64,000 bases of DNA from Limnothrix sp. BL-A-16 (GTDB lineage Bacteria > Cyanobacteriota > Cyanobacteriia > CACIAM-69d): contig CP166615.1 of the NCBI GenBank assembly GCA_041937175.2, forward strand, positions 704,001 to 768,000, given 5' to 3'. Numbering within the stretch: position 1 is the first letter of the stretch; each line of letters opens with the position of its first letter. The notes under the pieces were generated by a model. That model had not been told where the DNA came from, did no database searches, and worked only from the letters and a program-made list of their open reading frames with translations. The translations under genes and the position numbers were made by a program. Shown one piece after another: positions 41,840 to 52,784 of the stretch.

Positions 41840-44045
41840 ATGCCCTATGAACCGCTGCACCACAAATATCGCCCCCAACGGTTTGCCGACTTGGTGGGCC
41901 AACAGGCGATCGCCCAAACGCTGACCAATGCGCTTCAGCAAAATCGAATCGCACCGGCTTACCTGTTTGCGGGGCCTCGGGGAACGGGCAAAACCTCCAG
42001 CGCCCGAATTTTGGCCAAGTCGTTGAACTGCCTGAGCAGCGAGGGCCCCACGGCGGAACCCTGCGGCCATTGCCAAACTTGCGTGGAAATTACGCAGGGG
42101 CGGGCGCTGGATGTGGTGGAAATTGACGCAGCCAGCAACACGGGTGTTGACAATATTCGAGAGCTGATTGAACGGGCCCAATTTGCCCCGGTGCAATGTC
42201 GCTACAAGGTTTATGTGCTGGACGAGGTGCATATGCTGTCGGGGGCGGCGTTCAATGCGCTGCTGAAAACCCTGGAGGAACCGCCGGCCCATGTGGTGTT
42301 TGTGTTGGCCACGACGGATCCGCAGCGGGTTTTGCCGACGATTATTTCTCGCTGTCAGCGGTTTGACTTCCGGCGGATTCCCCTGGTGGACATGGTGAGC
42401 CATTTGGGGACGATCGCCCAACAGGAGTCGATCGAGATTGTGCCGGAAGCGTTGACCCTGGTGGCCCAAATTGCGCAGGGGGGCTTGCGCGATGCGGAAA
42501 GCCTGCTGGATCAACTGAGCCTGGTTCCCACGGGGGTGACGGTGGAGGCCGTTTGGGATCTGGTGGGGGCTGTGCCGGAGCGGGATTTGCTGGCGTTGGT
42601 GTCCAGTTTGGCGGCGGGTGATGCGGAAGGGGCGGTGGACTGTTTGCGGCGGCTGATGGATCGGGGGCGAGAACCAACGATCGTGCTGCAAAATTTGGCG
42701 AGTTTCTATCGAGATCTGCTGATTGCGAAGACTGCGCCCGATCGGGGTGATTTGGTGGCCCTGACGGAGCCAACTTGGCAGCAACTCTGTGAATTTGCCC
42801 GCAGTCAGGAACTGAGCTGGATCTTGCATGGGCAGCAGTACCTCAAAACTAGCGAATCGCTGCTGAAAAACTCCACCCAGCCTCGGTTGTGGTTGGAGGT
42901 GACTTTGATGGGGCTGTTGCCGGGGGCGGTGGCTCCGGTGGGGGCTGTTGGGTCGGTGGCTCCGATGCCGCCTCGCCCGATCGCCCCGATCGCACTTCCG
43001 GCTCCTGTGCCGACCCCGATCGCGCCTGTTTCGGTTCCTGTGCCGGGGGATCCGCTCTCGGCTCTGTTGGCCCAGTTGGGGCTAGATCCGGGGGCGATCG
43101 CCCAATTTACCCAGGGCGTGACCCAATGGGCCCAAACGAATCCTGCTGCGCTGATGCAGTTGATCGGTCTGTTGCAATCCCTGGGAGGCGTGTCTCCAGC
43201 CCCGATCGCCACAAGCACCCCCACCGCCACAACGACTCCGGCGGCGATCGCTCCGGTGGCCGCTGTTGCTCCACCGGCCCCCGCGCCAACTCCGGTTCCG
43301 GAGCCGGCCCCGGTCAACGCTGGCCCCGATGAAACCTTTGCACCGGAACCCAGCCCGATCGCGCCGGTTCCCGCTTCTGCGGAGCTGGATCAACTGTGGC
43401 AAGCGATCTTGGTGCATGTGCAACCCCCGGCCACCAAGATGATGTTGTCGCAGATGGGGCAACTGCTGTCCTTTGATGGTCAAAACGCCGTGGTGGGGAT
43501 TCCGCCCAGTTGGGTCGCCAAGTTTGAGTCCCGCACCAAGGCGATCGAAACGGCCTTTCAGCAGCACCTGCAACGCAGCGTCGCGGTTGCGATTCGGGCC
43601 AATGTGGTGATGCCCCCCCAGACCAGCGCGCCCGCGTCCTTCCCAAAAAATCCACCCAGGGGAACGCCCCCCCGCCCCAGTCCCCGAACCCAGCCCGGAA
43701 CCCGAATCCGATTCCGACTACGGCCGCGAACCCAACGGCGGGCGGGTTTGGTGGGATCGCGACTAGGGTGGCTCCACCGCCCACCGCATCCCCAGCCGTG
43801 CTGCCCCAGGCCCCCGCTGCGAATCCCCTGCCGGCCTCGGGCCAGCCCCCGCGCCCGGCCCCGATCGTCCTGGGCGATCGCCCCAACCGCCCCCCGCCGC
43901 ATCACCCCAATCCGTTTCGCCCCCTTCGCCAGCGGGGCCCCCTTCGCCAGCGGGGCCCGATGACTTGGTGGCCCGCAGTGCCCGCAGCTTGGCGCAATTG
44001 TTCAACGGCGAAATTGTGCAGGTAGACGATCTCGACATGTTTTGA
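41840..44045 (+). CDS. dnaX: DNA polymerase III subunit gamma/tau; C-terminus apparently frameshifted
   Basis: MPYEPLHHKYRPQRF, GPRGTGKTS, Zn cysteines, DEVHMLS and SRC; main frame stops at 43963, while tail ARSLAQLFNGEIV..F* ends at 44045 in another frame. Confidence 0.9.
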
Positions 44046-44209
44046 CCGGCGGCTGGGGCGATCGTTTGGTTGACCAGTGGACGGATGGAGCCGATCGCTG
44101 CCAAGGCTGGGTCTGGTTGAACCGTTTGCTCAAACCTTGTTCTCAACTGTTTTTTCAGCCCCCCTTTGCGCCCTTGTGGGTGGCGAAGGAGAAAATTTTC
44201 AGAAAGTAG

Positions 44210-44238
44210 TTGCTTTTTCTAGAGCTTCCGGTTATATT
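44210..44238 (+). promoter_or_regulatory. Putative sigma70-type promoter of the tRNA
   Basis: TTGCTT (44210-15), 17-bp spacer, TATATT (44233-38), 11 nt before the tRNA. Confidence 0.6.
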
Positions 44239-44249
44239 TGAATTCGCGC

Positions 44250-44326
<77 letters not shown>

Positions 44327-44404
44327 AATAATCTGAATATCAAGTCAGAGCGAACTGAGAAAGAGAGGCCTTCCAAAAGTCTCGAAATCTGAAACCCTAA
44401 AGAC

Positions 44405-44443
44405 CGCCCCGCCACGAATCCGTAGCGGGGCGCTTTTGGTTTT
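44405..44443 (+). terminator. Putative intrinsic terminator after the tRNA
   Basis: CGCCCCGCCACG-AATC-CGTAGCGGGGCG followed by CTTTTGGTTTT. Confidence 0.6.
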
Positions 44444-44525
44444 GCGCGATCGCGAGATTTTGGGGCGATCGCAACAGTGATCGATTGATCAACGATCGAT
44501 TGATCAACCATTGGCTAGTTGCGGG

Positions 44526-45218
44526 CTACGCCACCCGTGGCCCTTCGGCAAAAGCTTGGGCAACTTGGCGATCGGTCGCATCCACCACCACTCCGATGAT
44601 TGGGCCCACAGCTCCGCCCACACGAATCAACACATCCTTCACATCGGGACTGCCAAAACCCACAATCCGCGAATAGTCGAGGGAGTTATCAAAAAATAGG
44701 TCTACCTGGCGACTGATCGCAATGAAATCTCCACCGTTGAAGTCAAAATCCACAATTACATCGGCGTTCGCAATGGTTGTGGTGGCATCATCAACCGCCA
44801 GGACAAAGGTATCGCGCCCAGTGCCGCCGATCAGGGTGTCGATGCCCAGGTCGCCAGCCAGAAAATCATCTCCCTCCTGGCCGTAGAGAATATCGTTGTC
44901 GCGGCCGCCACGGAGGGTGTCGCGTCCTGCGCCGCCTTCTAGCTGGTCGTTGCCCAGGTTGCCCGTCAGCAGGTCATCCCCATCACGACCGATCACAAAA
45001 TCAAAACCCTGGCCCCCAAAGAGCACATCGCTGCCCTCGTTGCCGATCAGGGTGTCGTTGTCGCTATTGCCATAGAGGGTGTCGTTGTCGCTGGAACCGT
45101 TGATGTAATCGTTGCCGGCGAGGGCCCGCACACCCAGGCGGCCTTGCTGGCCGGCTGCGAGGGAGATGGTTTCGCTGTTGTTGGTGAGATCGAGATAGTC
45201 AATATCTGTCCGAGCCAT
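44526..45218 (-). CDS. RTX/hemolysin-type calcium-binding repeat protein
   Basis: Consecutive GGxGxDxL nonapeptides; ADVIVDF motif. Confidence 0.88.
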   Translation of the reverse strand: MARTDIDYLDLTNNSETISLAAGQQGRLGVRALAGNDYINGSSDNDTLYGNSDNDTLIGNEGSDVLFGGQGFDFVIGRDGDDLLTGNLGNDQLEGGAGRDTLRGGRDNDILYGQEGDDFLAGDLGIDTLIGGTGRDTFVLAVDDATTTIANADVIVDFDFNGGDFIAISRQVDLFFDNSLDYSRIVGFGSPDVKDVLIRVGGAVGPIIGVVVDATDRQVAQAFAEGPRVA

Positions 45219-45324
45219 GGTGAAGGATCTTTTCTCTGTTTAGGAATGGGTGGTTTTTAGGAATGGGTTAGGAACCGTCCAGCAATGCCGAGATTACCCG
45301 AGCAGGTGGAGTTGGGGCTGGCGT

Positions 45325-45909
45325 TTATCGCCGCTCGCGGCTGTTCATGAGGGCTTCCCGCACGCGCTGAATTGACCAGCCTCCCCGCAGTCGTTCGAGG
45401 TAGGTGCGCATTCCTCGGCTGTCGGCCCGACGGCCCAAAATTTCTTGATAGGCGCGATCGATGGCGGATTCGGCCTCGCGACTGTTGGCTAATTCGTCCC
45501 GCACCCGTTGCAGCGACCAGTTGCGATCGCGCACCCGATCAACATAGGTACGCAGTCCGTTGCGATCGGCTGGCCGGCCCAACACTTCGCGATAGAGCCG
45601 ATCGATCCGATCTTCCAAGTCCCGTCGATCGCCTCGATAGTTGTTGCGATCGTTATCGTAGTCGTCGCGATACCGCTCTTCGTTGCGATCGTAGTAGCGA
45701 TAATCATCCCGATCTCGATTTCGATTCTGGTTGCGATCGCTGTCCGATCGGCTGCCATCATCACAGCGCAACTGGCCCCCTTCCCAGCGGCAGGAACTTT
45801 GGGCCATGGCTGGTTCGATCGCAATCCCATGGGCCACTCCCAACCCTAACAAGAATGCCGCCAATGCAGTACAGGTACGGTTCATGGAACGGTTCATAGG
45901 AATCATCTC
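45325..45909 (-). CDS. Secreted protein with two DUF4214-like helical repeats
   Basis: Signal peptide ending AMA; Arg/Asp-rich linker; LYREVLGRPADRNG and AYQEILGRRADSRG; start uncertain. Confidence 0.7.
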   Translation of the reverse strand, partial: EMIPMNRSMNRTCTALAAFLLGLGVAHGIAIEPAMAQSSCRWEGGQLRCDDGSRSDSDRNQNRNRDRDDYRYYDRNEERYRDDYDNDRNNYRGDRRDLEDRIDRLYREVLGRPADRNGLRTYVDRVRDRNWSLQRVRDELANSREAESAIDRAYQEILGRRADSRGMRTYLERLRGGWSIQRVREALMNSRERR

Positions 45910-46593
45910 CTGATTGAATGGTTGAGCCTCCACTGTGTCTCTTGGGGAGATTTCACAATGGGTGAGGTGTTTTTTGGTGGCTTGGCATTACTCTGAATTA
46001 GCCACTAACCTCCAAGTTCAGTCTCTCGACTCTGGGGGCGGAATTCAGGAATTGCAAGAATTTTTTTGGTTTGCGCTAGCAGTGTGGCGCGGGGCTTTGA
46101 ATTGTTGGTGTTGGCAGACAACCTTTACCTTCTTTCAATGGTCATCATTAACCATCGAAATAGATTTGAGATGTATTGACCGGATCTGCGTTGCCAGTTC
46201 TGTTGTTGTTTTTGCACCAACATCCGTGAAATGACATGGCATCTTTCATGAAGTTTTTGATGAAATTGTTCATGAGATTCTCCATGAAATCACCAGCTCA
46301 AGCATCACCCAAATCAGCCATGAAATCATTAACAAAATTAGCAATGAAATATCAAGCCTGTGTCTAACAGTAACGAGGGCAGAAGCCGAATTTGGTTGAG
46401 TTTTGGCCGCTTGTTGCATTGTCTTGCCCTCGGAACTTTTTGGGCTGTGGGGCCGTCTCGCGCCCCTTCTGAATATTCCGGTGGTCGTCGGCTCAGAATG
46501 GAGTCCGAAGGGGGCTGAAAGGCTGATTCATGGGACGTTTCAGGGGCAGCGCGGCGACGGGAACCCTAGGTTGGGCCAAAACCACCCCGTACA

Positions 46594-47424
46594 ATGAAGC
46601 CATTCCTTAGCGCGACGGCTCCAATGGGAGCTGCTTCGGCCGTGTTGTCACAACCAAGTCGATCGAACTGGCTGCCTTGGGTCGATGTGGCAGCGATCGC
46701 AGCGTGGGGAGCGCTGATGTTGCACTACTGGCACGGTGGCCGCTTGGCCCTGCTGATCCATCCCGCTTATCACGGCTTGGTGGTGGTCACGGGGTTTTTA
46801 TTGCTGATGGCGGCGGCCAGTCTGGCGATTAATTTGGTGCAATCTGGGCGGCTGTTGCGGCGGCGATTGTCGTTGGCGGCGGATCCTGACTCAGAACAAC
46901 ACATCAGCCTGCTGCCCAAGGGGTGGGCAACGCTGTTATTGCTGTTGGCGGCGATCGGGGGGTTTTGGATTGCGCCGCAGCCCCTCACCAGCCACAAAGC
47001 TTTGCAACGGGGCATTGGCGACCCCACCACCGCGATCGCCCGTGCGCCCAAGGCCTTTCGCAGCAACAAGCGCCCGGAACAGCGATCGCTGATTGAGTGG
47101 GTGCGGACTTTGGAGGTTTATCCCGAACCGGAAGCCTACCGCAACCAACCGGTGAACATCAGCGGTTTTGTCACCAAGGTGGAGGGCTACCCGGCGGATG
47201 TGTTTTGGATTTCGCGGTTTACGATCACCTGCTGTGCGGCGGATGCTTACCCGATCGGGCTGCCCGTGCGCCGGCCGGCCAATATGCCGGACTATCCCCC
47301 TGATACTTGGCTAGAAATTCAGGGGCGAATGGCGGTGGATGAAATCAAGGGCGAGCGAGTGTTGAGCATTACGCCACAAACAATGCGCCCGATTCCGGTT
47401 CCCAAAAATCCCTATGAGTTCTAG
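46594..47424 (+). CDS. TIGR03943/YcgQ (DUF1980) family membrane protein
   Basis: LLIHP, TM helices and SRFTITCCAADAYPIGLPV. Confidence 0.85.
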   Translation: MKPFLSATAPMGAASAVLSQPSRSNWLPWVDVAAIAAWGALMLHYWHGGRLALLIHPAYHGLVVVTGFLLLMAAASLAINLVQSGRLLRRRLSLAADPDSEQHISLLPKGWATLLLLLAAIGGFWIAPQPLTSHKALQRGIGDPTTAIARAPKAFRSNKRPEQRSLIEWVRTLEVYPEPEAYRNQPVNISGFVTKVEGYPADVFWISRFTITCCAADAYPIGLPVRRPANMPDYPPDTWLEIQGRMAVDEIKGERVLSITPQTMRPIPVPKNPYEF

Positions 47425-47537
47425 ATGAGTTTTGGGCATGACTCTTGGGCATGACTCTTGGGCGTGATTCTTAGGGGCGATCGGGCGAAAGTAAAGGCGC
47501 AATCCGGTGCAATCAACTGAGGAATTTCTGATTGGGT

Positions 47538-49175
47538 ATGTGGCGATCCGTGCAACATCGATGGCAAAACACCCCCAGGGGCAATCCCCAATGGCAACCG
47601 ATCGATCGGGCCGCTTGGCTGGTGATCGCGGCTTTGGTGGTGGCGATCGCGGCTTTGTTGGTGCTGGGCGATCGATCGGCGGCGCGGGTGCGCGACTTTT
47701 CATGGGCCGATCGCACCATTGGGGCGGACGATCGTGCCTTTGTGTTGGCCTTCAATCGGCCGATGAATCGAGACAGTGTGGAGGCGAATTTAAAACTGGA
47801 TCCCCCCCTGGAAGGGAAAGTTAGCTGGGCCGGAACCCGGATGGCCTTCACGCTCGATCGCCCAGCACCCTATGGCACCAGCTTTCAACTCCAGTTGGGA
47901 GCCGGGGCCCGCGACACCCGCGAAGACAGCAAACCGGCGGAATCCTTCTCGGCGGCATTTCGATCGCGCGATCGGGTTTTTGCTTACATTGGCACCGAAG
48001 GCGAAGAAGCCGGCCGCCTGATCCTGTATGAACTGACCCAGCAGCGGAAAACCATCCTGACTCCGCCGAACCTGTTGGTAAACGACTTCAAGCCCTATCC
48101 CAACCGCGATCGGATCCTGTTTTCCGCCACCGAAACCAGCACCCTGGAAAAGACCGACAGCCCCAGCCTGCTCGAACAGCAGTTTTATACGGTCACCACA
48201 GGCTTGAGCGTCAATAACCAGGCTCCCGAACCGGCTGGCGAAGTTACGCCGGTTTTGGATAACCGAGATTATCAAAATTTGAAATTTGACTTGGCTCCCG
48301 ACGGTTCGGCGGCCCTGGTGCAACGGGCGGAGCGCAAAAATGCCAGCAATGTCAGTTTGTGGCTGCTGCGCGATCGGCAAACGCCCCAAAAGCTGGAAAG
48401 CCAAGGCGGCGGCGAGTTTGTGATTACGCCCGACAGCCAATCGATCGCCATCACCCAGGGGCAAGGGGTGGCCATTTTGCCCCTGCCCCAAGCTGACACG
48501 GGCAACAACGATCGCTACCGGCGGGAAATTCAACCCCTGGACTTTTTGCCCAAGTTTGGAACCGTGTTGGGATTTGCCAGCGACGGTTCAGCGGCGGCCC
48601 TGGTGAAATTCAACGGCGACTTTACCCGATCGCTCTTTGTGGTCACCCCCAGCGGCGAAACGGAACTGGCCCGAATTCAAGGATCGATTTTGCGCGCCGA
48701 ATTCACCCCCGATAACCGCGTGCTCTACGCCTTGGTCACCCAACGGGTTGAGGATGAAAACTACCGCGAACAGCCCTATATCGGAGCCTTTGACCTAAAA
48801 ACCAAGGCCCTGTCGCCCCTGTTGCTGTTGCCGGAGCAGCTCGATATTGCTCTGGATCTATCGCCGGATGGTGCAGCCCTGTTGTTTGACCAAATCGACA
48901 CCAAGGCGAAGGCCAAGGGCGATCGCGCCCGTCAGTCCGAATCAGGGGAAGAAGAAACCACCCAGGGCGATCGGGAGTCGGGACGGAGCAACAACGCGGA
49001 TCGATCGACCACTGACCCCGAAGCGGCCCGCCGACCTGAAGCCAGTGATGGCAATAAAATCGAGCACAGCCAACTGTGGTTGCTGCCCGTGGCCCAAAAT
49101 CCTGACGGAACCTTTGCCAAATTGACCCCGCAAGCGTTACCACTGCCTGGGGCCCGTCCGCGCTGGCTCCCCTAA
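47538..49175 (+). CDS. Membrane-anchored Ig-like (Big_5-type) plus beta-propeller-like protein
   Basis: N-terminal TM; FVLAFNRPMNRDSVE; repeated xPDGS motifs. Confidence 0.7.
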   Translation: MWRSVQHRWQNTPRGNPQWQPIDRAAWLVIAALVVAIAALLVLGDRSAARVRDFSWADRTIGADDRAFVLAFNRPMNRDSVEANLKLDPPLEGKVSWAGTRMAFTLDRPAPYGTSFQLQLGAGARDTREDSKPAESFSAAFRSRDRVFAYIGTEGEEAGRLILYELTQQRKTILTPPNLLVNDFKPYPNRDRILFSATETSTLEKTDSPSLLEQQFYTVTTGLSVNNQAPEPAGEVTPVLDNRDYQNLKFDLAPDGSAALVQRAERKNASNVSLWLLRDRQTPQKLESQGGGEFVITPDSQSIAITQGQGVAILPLPQADTGNNDRYRREIQPLDFLPKFGTVLGFASDGSAAALVKFNGDFTRSLFVVTPSGETELARIQGSILRAEFTPDNRVLYALVTQRVEDENYREQPYIGAFDLKTKALSPLLLLPEQLDIALDLSPDGAALLFDQIDTKAKAKGDRARQSESGEEETTQGDRESGRSNNADRSTTDPEAARRPEASDGNKIEHSQLWLLPVAQNPDGTFAKLTPQALPLPGARPRWLP

Positions 49176-49234
49176 CCGAAGTCCGTTGATTAATCCCCGA
49201 CAGAAAACGCAAAACAGCAAACAACAAAAAAAGA

Positions 49235-50350
49235 ATGAGCAAAAAAGATCTCGTCTTCCTCATCCTTTTGGGGTTTATTCCCGTCTCGATCGCGGCGGAA
49301 TGGTTGCACTGGAGTCCGCTGGTGGTGTTCATCACCGCCTGCTTGGCGATCGTGCCCCTCGCCGCCTGGATGGGCCATGCCACCGAAGAACTCGCCGGGC
49401 TGGTGGGCCCCTCCCTGGGGGGATTGCTGAACGCTACCTTTGGGAACGCCACCGAATTGATTGTGGCCCTGGTTGCGCTCAAAGAGGGCTACGTGGGCGT
49501 GGTGAAGGCCAGCTTGACCGGCTCAATCATCGGCAACCTCTTGTTGGTCATGGGGCTGTCGATGTTGTTGGGCGGCTTGCGCTTCAAGCAGCAAACCTTC
49601 CAGCCCGTGATTGCCCGCATGAATGCCTCGTCCATGAACCTGGCCGTGATTGCCATGCTGTTGCCCACAGCGGTCAACTTCACCTCCGTGGGCATTGCTG
49701 AGAGTGTCTTGCAAAAGCTTTCGACGGCGGTGGCAGTGGTCTTGATTTTGGTCTATGTGATGACCCTGCTGTTTTCCATGAAAACCCACAGCTACCTCTA
49801 CGATGTGGCCGTGGCGGAAGGGGAAGTGCCCGATCCGGAAGCCAGCGACGAACCGGCCGGCGAAGGCGAAGCGCACCGGCCAAACCTGCCCCTGTGGGTG
49901 GGGGTGTTGTTGGCGGCCACAATTTTTGTGGCGATCGAGTCGGAATTGTTGGTGCATTCCCTGGAAATCGCCACCGAACAACTGGGCCTGACGGAACTGT
50001 TCACCGGGGTAATTTTGTTGCCGATTATTGGCAATGCCGCAGAACATGCCACCGCCGTTACCGTGGCCATGAAAAACAAAATGGACTTGTCCGTTTCGGT
50101 GGCCATGGGTTCCAGCTTGCAAATTGCCCTGTTTGTGGCTCCGGTGTTGGTGATTGCCGGTTGGTTCTTTGGGCAACCCATGGATTTGAACTTCCAACCC
50201 TTTGAGCTGGTGGCCGTGGCGGTTTCGGTCTTGATTGCCAACTCCATCAGCTCCGATGGGGAATCCAATTGGCTGGAGGGGTTGCTGTTGTTGGCGGCCT
50301 ATTTGGTGTTGGGTTTGGCCTTCTTCTTCCACCCCACGATCGCCGGTTAA
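49235..50350 (+). CDS. cax: Ca2+/H+ exchanger
   Basis: Alpha repeats LNATFGNATELI and IIGNAAEH; acidic central loop. Confidence 0.93.
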   Translation: MSKKDLVFLILLGFIPVSIAAEWLHWSPLVVFITACLAIVPLAAWMGHATEELAGLVGPSLGGLLNATFGNATELIVALVALKEGYVGVVKASLTGSIIGNLLLVMGLSMLLGGLRFKQQTFQPVIARMNASSMNLAVIAMLLPTAVNFTSVGIAESVLQKLSTAVAVVLILVYVMTLLFSMKTHSYLYDVAVAEGEVPDPEASDEPAGEGEAHRPNLPLWVGVLLAATIFVAIESELLVHSLEIATEQLGLTELFTGVILLPIIGNAAEHATAVTVAMKNKMDLSVSVAMGSSLQIALFVAPVLVIAGWFFGQPMDLNFQPFELVAVAVSVLIANSISSDGESNWLEGLLLLAAYLVLGLAFFFHPTIAG

Positions 50351-50380
50351 AACCTTGAGGGCATTGGTGTTTGGGGAACA

Positions 50381-51241
50381 ATGAACCTGACGGACGCTTG
50401 GGAAGGGGAAACCATCACGATCGCCACGATGCATGGCAAGGAACAGGTGATTGCGCCGATTTTGGAGCAAACCTGGGGCCTGCGCTCGATCGTGCCGTCG
50501 GAACTGGATACGGATCGGTTTGGCACCTTCACCCGAGAGGTCGATCGACCCGGCGATCAACTCGCCACGGCCCGGGCTAAGGCCCTGGCGGCCTTGGCGC
50601 TAACCGGTGGGTTGATCGCCCTGGCCAGTGAAGGTTCCTTTGGCCCCCATCCCAGCGTCCCTTTTGCGGCGGCTAACCGGGAATTGGTGCTGCTGATCGA
50701 TCAGGCCCTGGGGCTGGAGTTGGTCGGCGAGGCCATTTCCCTCAACACCAACTATCGCCAAGGGCGGGTTCGCAGTTGGGCGGAAGTGGAAAAATTTGCT
50801 GAAACCATTGGTTTTCCCGATCATGGGCTGGTGGTGGGTTGGGGCGAACCCCAAAACCTTCAGGGGGTGACGAAGGGCCTGCGCGATCGCTCGGCCCTGG
50901 CGGCAGCCGTCACCGAGGCCCTGACCCGATCGCCCGATGGCTCCCTGTGGGTGGAAACGGATATGCGGGCAATGCACAACCCCACGCGAATGCAGGTGAT
51001 TGCCCAAGCCACGGAAAGCCTGGTGGCCAAGGCGCGATCGACCTGTCCCGTTTGCCATTGGCCCGGGTTTTGGGTCACACAGCGGCTGCCGGGGTTGCCC
51101 TGCGGTGAATGTGGGCTGCCCACGCCGCTGATTCGTCTGCATCGCTCCATTTGCGATCGCTGCGGCCACCAACAGGACGATCCCTTTCCCCAAGGCGAAA
51201 CCACTGCGGATCCCACCTATTGTCCCTTTTGTAATCCCTAG
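50381..51241 (+). CDS. DUF6671-like protein with Cys-rich C-terminus
   Basis: ATMHGKEQVI, DTDRFGTFT, ASEGSFGPHP, ETDMRAMHNPTRM and four CxxC pairs. Confidence 0.75.
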   Translation: MNLTDAWEGETITIATMHGKEQVIAPILEQTWGLRSIVPSELDTDRFGTFTREVDRPGDQLATARAKALAALALTGGLIALASEGSFGPHPSVPFAAANRELVLLIDQALGLELVGEAISLNTNYRQGRVRSWAEVEKFAETIGFPDHGLVVGWGEPQNLQGVTKGLRDRSALAAAVTEALTRSPDGSLWVETDMRAMHNPTRMQVIAQATESLVAKARSTCPVCHWPGFWVTQRLPGLPCGECGLPTPLIRLHRSICDRCGHQQDDPFPQGETTADPTYCPFCNP

Positions 51242-51897
51242 GGCCTCAAGAACCGCCTCAAAGCCCAGAAGCGAAATCAACAGCGCAATCAACCGATCGG
51301 GTGCTGCGAAAACAGACCCCGGATCGGTTCGATCGCCCTTCGATCGCCCTGAATTGAAATTACATTTTTTTACATACTCTCATTTTTAGGTGTTTTCTAT
51401 ACAGTGAGTAATCAAGAACAAAATAATCAAAGATCAAGCGAAAACTAATTGAGATCTTGAAATTTTTGAAGAAAAATTGAATTAATTAAATGAATGAAAT
51501 CTTGAGTCTCTGAGAAAAACTTACAAATACTTGCAAAAAACTGCCTTTAGAGTTGAGAAGAATTGCGGAATCCTACTTTTCTCAAATGACTAAGCTTAAT
51601 TACTCATTCCCTAACCTATGCTGAATCAGGTTGTGGTTTGAAACTCAGAAGAATGTTGTTCAACATTGTTTGCAACTGGGTGGACTAATCTATTCAGTTG
51701 CCTTCTTTAAAATCTCCTTCCCTGCTAGTGCCAATCTGCTCTGGACTGAACAATCTTTTGATTTCAATTTCCAGAGCAGTCCTTCAGCAAAACTGAGCAG
51801 ATTCCAAAAATTTGGCTTCGGCTTCGGCTTTGGCTTCTAATCAGGAGCCGCCGAGTTTCTATAAATCCGGAATTGAAACTGAAAGAGTGATTGGTTT

Positions 51898-52602
51898 ATG
51901 GCACTTCCCCTTCTGGATTACCCCTTGACTTCTCAAAACCAGCGAGTGGATGGTTTTGAAGTTGCAAATCAAGGCGGTTTGCGTCTCATCACCAATGAGA
52001 TTGATGAGGTGATTTACGCGGCCTATCGGCAAATTTTTAATGAGCAACAGCTAACGGTCAGCAGCCGTCTTTTGGCGCTGGAGTCTCAACTGCGCTGCGG
52101 TCAAATTTCGGTGCAAGACTTCATTCGTGGCCTGGCCACCTCCGAAGTGTTTCGCACGCGCAATTACGACACCAATAATAATTATCGCTTTGTGCAGATG
52201 TGTGTGCAGCGAATTTTGGGTCGTGAGGTTTATAACGATCGGGAAAAACTGTCTTGGTCGATCGTTTTGGCCACTGAAGGTTTGAATGGGTTCATTGACT
52301 CGTTGCTCAACAGCGAGGAATATCAAACCCACTTCGGGCGGGATACGGTTCCCTATCAGCGGCGGCGGATTTTGCCTCAGCGATCGAGCGGTGCAGTGAC
52401 CTTTGCGCACACGGCTCGCTATGGCGAAGATTATCGCGATCGCTTGCCGAAGCCCATGGATGTGCAGTTTGGTTTGTTCAACTGGGAAACCTTTATGCGC
52501 CAGGCCGATTGGCCCACGGCGATCGGTTTGTTGGCGGGCATGTCGCTCTTGATTGCGGCGTTGTTGCTGTTTTCTGTGACGATCGGAAGCAGCGCAGCCT
52601 AA
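51898..52602 (+). CDS. cpcL: Phycobilisome rod-membrane linker, CpcL (CpcG2) type
   Basis: MALPLLDYPLTSQNQRVDGFEV linker domain, VPYQRRRILP and a hydrophobic C-terminal helix. Confidence 0.85.
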   Translation: MALPLLDYPLTSQNQRVDGFEVANQGGLRLITNEIDEVIYAAYRQIFNEQQLTVSSRLLALESQLRCGQISVQDFIRGLATSEVFRTRNYDTNNNYRFVQMCVQRILGREVYNDREKLSWSIVLATEGLNGFIDSLLNSEEYQTHFGRDTVPYQRRRILPQRSSGAVTFAHTARYGEDYRDRLPKPMDVQFGLFNWETFMRQADWPTAIGLLAGMSLLIAALLLFSVTIGSSAA

Positions 52603-52704
52603 GCCGGTTCCCTGTTCTTTTGGATGTAGATCAATTCTTCCCTTACAGATCAACTCGGCTTAATGCAGCCTAGGATTCTGTGAGCAAAGCCAGACGACCC
52701 AGAC

Positions 52705-52746
52705 GCTGCTTCGGGAGTTTTCCGTGCTCTCCCGAGGCAGTTTTTT
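52705..52746 (+). terminator. Intrinsic terminator after cpcL
   Basis: CTGCTTCGGGAG...CTCCCGAGGCAG followed by T6. Confidence 0.75.
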
Positions 52747-52784
52747 AGATTTTCAGATCACAATTACCAATCAAGACTGAATTA

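Noticed and set aside
41840..42400. Intein in DnaX, as in some cyanobacteria
   Set aside because: The KVYVLDEVHMLS region is continuous.
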